Shown piece by piece: positions 60,056 through 64,000 of a stretch of 64,000 nucleotides of DNA. Numbering within the stretch: position 1 is the first letter of the stretch; each line of letters begins with the position of its first letter. The notes beneath the pieces were generated by a model. It did no database searches, had not been told where the DNA came from, and was given only the letters and a program-made list of their open reading frames with translations. The DNA comes from an uncultured delta proteobacterium (GTDB taxonomy: Bacteria > Bdellovibrionota > FAC87 > UBA2466): the NCBI GenBank assembly GCA_963778115.1, contig CAVZSV010000004.1, positions 2,336,001-2,400,000 on the forward strand, read 5' to 3'. The position numbers and the translations under genes were made by a program.

Positions 60056-60892
60056 TTACCCTCGAAGCAACTGCAACGCAACGGCGGGTTCCTGGTTGGC
60101 TTGCGCTAACACAGTGACTCCGGAATTACGGATGATTGTTTCTCGAGCAAGATTTGTGCTTTCCATCGCGATGTCAGTATCGCGAATACGGGAATTAGCA
60201 GCTGACAAATTCTCTTGGAAAATTGAATCCGTCGCATAAGTCGTTTCTAATCGACTTTGAATCGAACCGACCTTCGAACGAACCTCGTTGACTCTATACA
60301 TGGCCTGGTCGAGGACTTCCAATGATTCCTGCGCGCCAATCTTGCCGCTGATATCGAGTCCATCGATACCCAAAGCACCGGCCGTCAGGTCTGCATTTCC
60401 TGGGTCAAACATGATGCGGTCGACCTCAGGGTTATTTTCCGTACCGACTTGGATTTCGATAGGGGCGGCAGAACCGTTCAGCAACGTCTTTCCCGCATAT
60501 CTCGTTGTTTGCGAGATACGTTGAACTTCAGCCTTGAGCTCTTGGACTTCGTTGTTGATTAGAGCACGCTCTCGGTCGCCGACGGTGTCGGAAGAGGCTT
60601 GCATGGCAAGTTCCCGAATACGAACCAACGAATTATTAATTTCGTTAGTGCCGCCTTCGAAGACTTGGAATAGAGAAGAGCCGTCTTGGGAGTTACGCAT
60701 TGCCTGGCCAAGACTGCGAACGGTGGCTCGAAGTGTATCAGAAATCGCTAACCCCGCGGCATCGTCTGATGCTTTGTTGATACGCGATCCCGATGATAAC
60801 TTCTCAAAGGTAGATTGTAACCGATTCTGGGTCATTTCTAGATTGCGTTGGGCATTCAACGCACCTTCATTAGTCATGATTCTGAGAGCCAT
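60056..60892 (-). CDS. fliC: Flagellin (short, 278 aa), tandem paralog
   Basis: Same terminal motifs, collinear with 59080-59916. Confidence 0.98.
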   Translation of the reverse strand: MALRIMTNEGALNAQRNLEMTQNRLQSTFEKLSSGSRINKASDDAAGLAISDTLRATVRSLGQAMRNSQDGSSLFQVFEGGTNEINNSLVRIRELAMQASSDTVGDRERALINNEVQELKAEVQRISQTTRYAGKTLLNGSAAPIEIQVGTENNPEVDRIMFDPGNADLTAGALGIDGLDISGKIGAQESLEVLDQAMYRVNEVRSKVGSIQSRLETTYATDSIFQENLSAANSRIRDTDIAMESTNLARETIIRNSGVTVLAQANQEPAVALQLLRG

Positions 60893-61053
60893 CTCAAAAT
60901 CCTCCTATAGTGTTTGGCACCTCCTTCCGTGTGAGCTGTTCTTCGTTCATCGAAGAACAGTTGCAATCCCTGCAAATGGATAGAGTTTGTACTACGCCTT
61001 ACTTCTACTGCCGAGTCCTACATCAGCTATGAACATCACTCCTGCCAAGTTAT

Positions 61054-61080
61054 CCATCGTCGGAGAGAGGGATCTGTTTA
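61054..61080 (-). promoter_or_regulatory. Putative sigma28 (FliA) promoter of the flagellin genes
   Basis: Minus strand TAAA-N15-GACGATGG versus consensus TAAA-N15-GCCGATAA. Confidence 0.7.
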
Positions 61081-61479
61081 ACAAAAAAAAACAATGCGTA
61101 GCGCTATAATTTTTGATGCATTCCAGCATTTTGAAAGATGGACTTTCGAAAATGCCAGCATTTATAGTTACTTTCGACCAACGGCAAGAGGTCTGGGGAG
61201 CTCCAATTGACTCGATGTGTTGTTGATGATTTTTTTTCGGATTCTTTGCACGTACTTTCTGTTTTCGGAAACTTCAGAATGCACGATGTAATCGGAGTCT
61301 CCCCATCTTCCATTTTTTCCAATCAATTTCGTCGGTAAAAAGCGTTTTTTTGCGTCGTGTCGTGGGCCAAAAATTTGCCTCATGTCACAGGATGACAGTA
61401 CGCCGTGCTAGGGGTGGGAAAAATTAGCCCAAAATACCGACCCTGGCTTTTGTCCGATTTTCCCGCTAGGTTTAGAACA

Positions 61480-62160
61480 ATGCGCCACGGCAAGCTCACC
61501 ACAACTAAGTTAGCTAAGTTCGTTCCCCGGATTCTAGTGACCGGCGGACCCACCAGGGCTTATCTCGACCCCGTAAGGTTTCTATCCAACGTTTCGACCG
61601 GTGCTTTGGCTTACGAGGTGTGTTGCCAGATAAGAAGACGGGGGAACCCCTTAGTCGCGGTCATTGGCCCGAGCGGCCTTCCTTTTGAGAAGCTGCGGTT
61701 AAATGAGCTTTCTCGCGTGGAAACCAACGACGAGATGCGGCGGGAAATATTGAGATTGTGCCGAAGTTTTAAACCGACGGCCGCGGTCTTTTCGGCGGCG
61801 GTCTTGGATTTTGCTCCTGAACTTCTTGTGTCGAGCAAAGTGACCTCTTCCACGCCTTGGAATATTCGATTGGTACCTACTCCGAAAATTGTCGATGAAA
61901 TTGGCGTGAAGTTTCCCTGGATCAGACGGATTGCGTTTAAGTTAGAGTCCGAACGTTTAGGGAAAAAAGCTCGGAGTGATTTTGGATTTCATTACTTGAA
62001 ATCGAAAGGGTTGCACGGGCTGTGCTTAAATTTTCTCGCGGACGTAAACGACAAATCCCATAGAGCCTATCTTTTCGATGAAAACGGATTTATCACGGAA
62101 GTTCATACCAAGAGAGAAATCGCTTCTTGGATAGCCAAGAAAATTAATGTTCGACCGTAA
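61480..62160 (+). CDS. coaB: Phosphopantothenate-cysteine ligase-like protein (stand-alone CoaB domain)
   Basis: RILVTGGPTRAYLDPVRFLSNVSTG, SAAVLDF, LVPTPKIV, AFKLE. Confidence 0.82.
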   Translation: MRHGKLTTTKLAKFVPRILVTGGPTRAYLDPVRFLSNVSTGALAYEVCCQIRRRGNPLVAVIGPSGLPFEKLRLNELSRVETNDEMRREILRLCRSFKPTAAVFSAAVLDFAPELLVSSKVTSSTPWNIRLVPTPKIVDEIGVKFPWIRRIAFKLESERLGKKARSDFGFHYLKSKGLHGLCLNFLADVNDKSHRAYLFDENGFITEVHTKREIASWIAKKINVRP

Positions 62161-63124
62161 TCTCGTTTTGACGAGCCGACTCGTATTGAGCGAGTTTGTT
62201 GTAAAGGGTCTTTACCGTAATGCCCATGGCAGTAGCGGCTTTCGTCTTGTTCCCGGTAAAGTGTTCCAACACCTTTAAAATGTGCCGTTTCTCCACTTGA
62301 TCCAGTAGAAAACTTCCAGAGCCGTCGAAATAATCGTTTTCTGTCCCGGGATTTTTAATATTAAACGGGATATCCGATTCGGTAATGATGTCACTTTCCA
62401 CGAGGATTTTAAAACGCTCAACGGTATTTTGTAACTCTCGGACATTTCCCGGCCACGGATAGCGTTTGAGGATCTCCATGGCGCGTGGAGTGATGGACTG
62501 TACGGAACTATGGCCAAGATTATCGTCTTTTAAGAAATTCTCAATAAGCAGGGGGATATCTTCGGGCCGTTTCCGAAGTGGGGTGATCCGGAGTGTTACC
62601 GTATTGATACGATAAAAGAGATCTTCCCGGAACTTTCCATTCTTAACTTGGCTCTCTAAATCCTTGTTGGTGGCGGAGATGATACGGACATCGACGTGAA
62701 TAGGCGCTTTTCCGCCAACGCGATAGATCTCTCCTTCTTGCAAGAAACGAAGTAGTTTCGCCTGCGCTTCCATTCCCATTTCGCCGATTTCGTCGAGAAA
62801 TAGCGTTCCGCCATGGGCGACTTCGACCAGCCCCTTTTTCTGAAAGAGAGCACCGGTGAAAGCCCCTTTTTCGTGCCCGAAGAGTTCGCTAAGTAGTAGG
62901 GTTTCTTGGATAGCGCCACAATTAAGAGAGACGATTGGCCTAGAGGTTCGCGGAGAACGCTCATGAATTCGTTTTGCAATCAGCTCTTTGCCGGTGCCGC
63001 TTTCGCCCTGGATTAAAACGGCGACGTCGGCTGGCGCTATCTTGTCCGACATCTGTAATAAATTCAGAGTCGGCGTGTGTGTCGTCAAAAAGGCAGGACC
63101 GCCCAAGCGTGTGGCTTTAGCCAT
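62144..63124 (-). CDS. Sigma54-dependent enhancer-binding protein (AAA+ and Fis HTH, no N-terminal sensory domain)
   Basis: GESGTGKE, ELFGHEKGAFTGA, LFLDE, FREDLFYR, WPGNVREL, GNKTKAA..TLYNKL. Confidence 0.95.
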   Translation of the reverse strand: MAKATRLGGPAFLTTHTPTLNLLQMSDKIAPADVAVLIQGESGTGKELIAKRIHERSPRTSRPIVSLNCGAIQETLLLSELFGHEKGAFTGALFQKKGLVEVAHGGTLFLDEIGEMGMEAQAKLLRFLQEGEIYRVGGKAPIHVDVRIISATNKDLESQVKNGKFREDLFYRINTVTLRITPLRKRPEDIPLLIENFLKDDNLGHSSVQSITPRAMEILKRYPWPGNVRELQNTVERFKILVESDIITESDIPFNIKNPGTENDYFDGSGSFLLDQVEKRHILKVLEHFTGNKTKAATAMGITVKTLYNKLAQYESARQNEITVEH

Positions 63125-63287
63125 ATGCCCCCCAATATACCCATGTAAATCATGCACTTGCCGCAACCGGAGCTAAACCAGGAGTCATCTCAAGTTCCAT
63201 TCGAACTCCATTTGACTAGACTTGTTTAACGCCAGTCCCCATGCGACTAGCCTTAAAAAACTTACAATTTGTTAAGCATTGTAGCAA

Positions 63288-64000
63288 CTAAAAATTACAT
63301 AGCACTCGGAAGTAACTTCTTAGGTGTCGGAGGAAGTCGAGGAGGGTTCGTGTGCGGGTACGATCGGTGACTTGGGTCGCAGTACTCAGACAATTGCTCA
63401 TTCGCTGAAGGGAAAGGAGTGGTTTAAATTTCATGAATCGGGTAATGCTTCGATAATTATCGTCGTCTCCCAACTCCAGTCGGTCGGCGATCTGTCTTCG
63501 CGCTTGCAAGACATCAGCGGGTAAAACAAAACCATTTTTCCCTAAGGGAAAAGCGTTCATGTGACGGTGGCAAATTTCAATGCCGCGAGGAACTTTTAGC
63601 GCTTCCGCCAAAGCATAAGGAAAGCTGATCGTTCCCAAAAAAAGACGAGCGCCCGAAATCAGAGAGGCTAATCTAAAGTGATCCGAGGTTTCGATGAATT
63701 CGCTTTGAGCGATCGCACTTTGTTCCCATTCCGCTCTATGGCCTACAAACACTACTCTGGGTAGTCCCGTTAGTAGATGCTTCCAATAACTTTCAGGATA
63801 ACTTCTCCAGTTATGAGTCAGCGAAATCACGACAGAGTTTTTGGTCTCTAGCGCGGGAGGAACCTGCATCCACGGATCATGCAGATCGGGCGAAATTCCC
63901 AGAGTCGCACCGAATAGTTCTCCTAAATGAGCGGGCGGATCGTCGACGGGAAAGCGACAGAATTTAGGGCTGACATCATATATTTTCTTTCCGGCTCGGT
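63288..64000 (-). CDS. GT9-like (heptosyltransferase-fold) protein, 5'-truncated by window edge
   Basis: Frame stays open upstream of 63869 to the window end; VVFVG...LASLISGARLFLGTISFPYALAEALKVP resembles the GT9 C-terminal motif. Confidence 0.6.
   Translation of the reverse strand, partial: RAGKKIYDVSPKFCRFPVDDPPAHLGELFGATLGISPDLHDPWMQVPPALETKNSVVISLTHNWRSYPESYWKHLLTGLPRVVFVGHRAEWEQSAIAQSEFIETSDHFRLASLISGARLFLGTISFPYALAEALKVPRGIEICHRHMNAFPLGKNGFVLPADVLQARRQIADRLELGDDDNYRSITRFMKFKPLLSLQRMSNCLSTATQVTDRTRTRTLLDFLRHLRSYFRVLCNF

Noticed and set aside
61003..61039. Short upstream ORF (MFIADVGLGSRSKA) in the first flagellin leader
   Set aside because: SD is only 2 nt from the ATG and no equivalent start exists in the second leader
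61104..61383. Two ~72-aa minus-strand ORFs or a CsrB-like sRNA
   Set aside because: No RBS or motif support; GGA motifs are too few and mostly not in hairpin loops

Overview
A 64-kb chromosomal segment of about 50% GC (by eye), with no CRISPR, prophage, integrase or transposase that I can support. Gene content suggests Bdellovibrionota or a related former deltaproteobacterial lineage (inference): two short 278-aa flagellins, an Agl-Glt gliding-type motor cluster, a GYF-PilZ protein and many secreted orphans. Housekeeping blocks are xseB-ispA-dxs-(two inserted genes)-tlyA, purB-purC-purS-purQ-purL-purF (purL broken by one extra base), rng, nfo, plsY, icd-mdh-sucC-sucD-ndk, a coaB-like gene, tRNA-Lys(UUU) and tRNA-Arg(UCG). 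The best candidate for an undescribed system is a sigma54-type, translationally coupled three-gene unit at 36.3-38.1 kb. It encodes a small Cys-free exported protein with three 16-aa DG repeats, an SdpA-like partner, and an HTTM (vitamin-K-carboxylase/SdpB-like) membrane enzyme that retains the catalytic Lys motif. Other leads are a compact Agl-Glt cluster with an apparent GltC-D-E TPR fusion, an AurF-like diiron oxygenase/epoxide hydrolase/M24/SDR operon, apparent pseudo-enzymes (patatin, CheD), an orphan Cache-like sensor, and conserved GGA-rich flagellin leaders. All family calls come from motif recognition by eye; no database searches were run.
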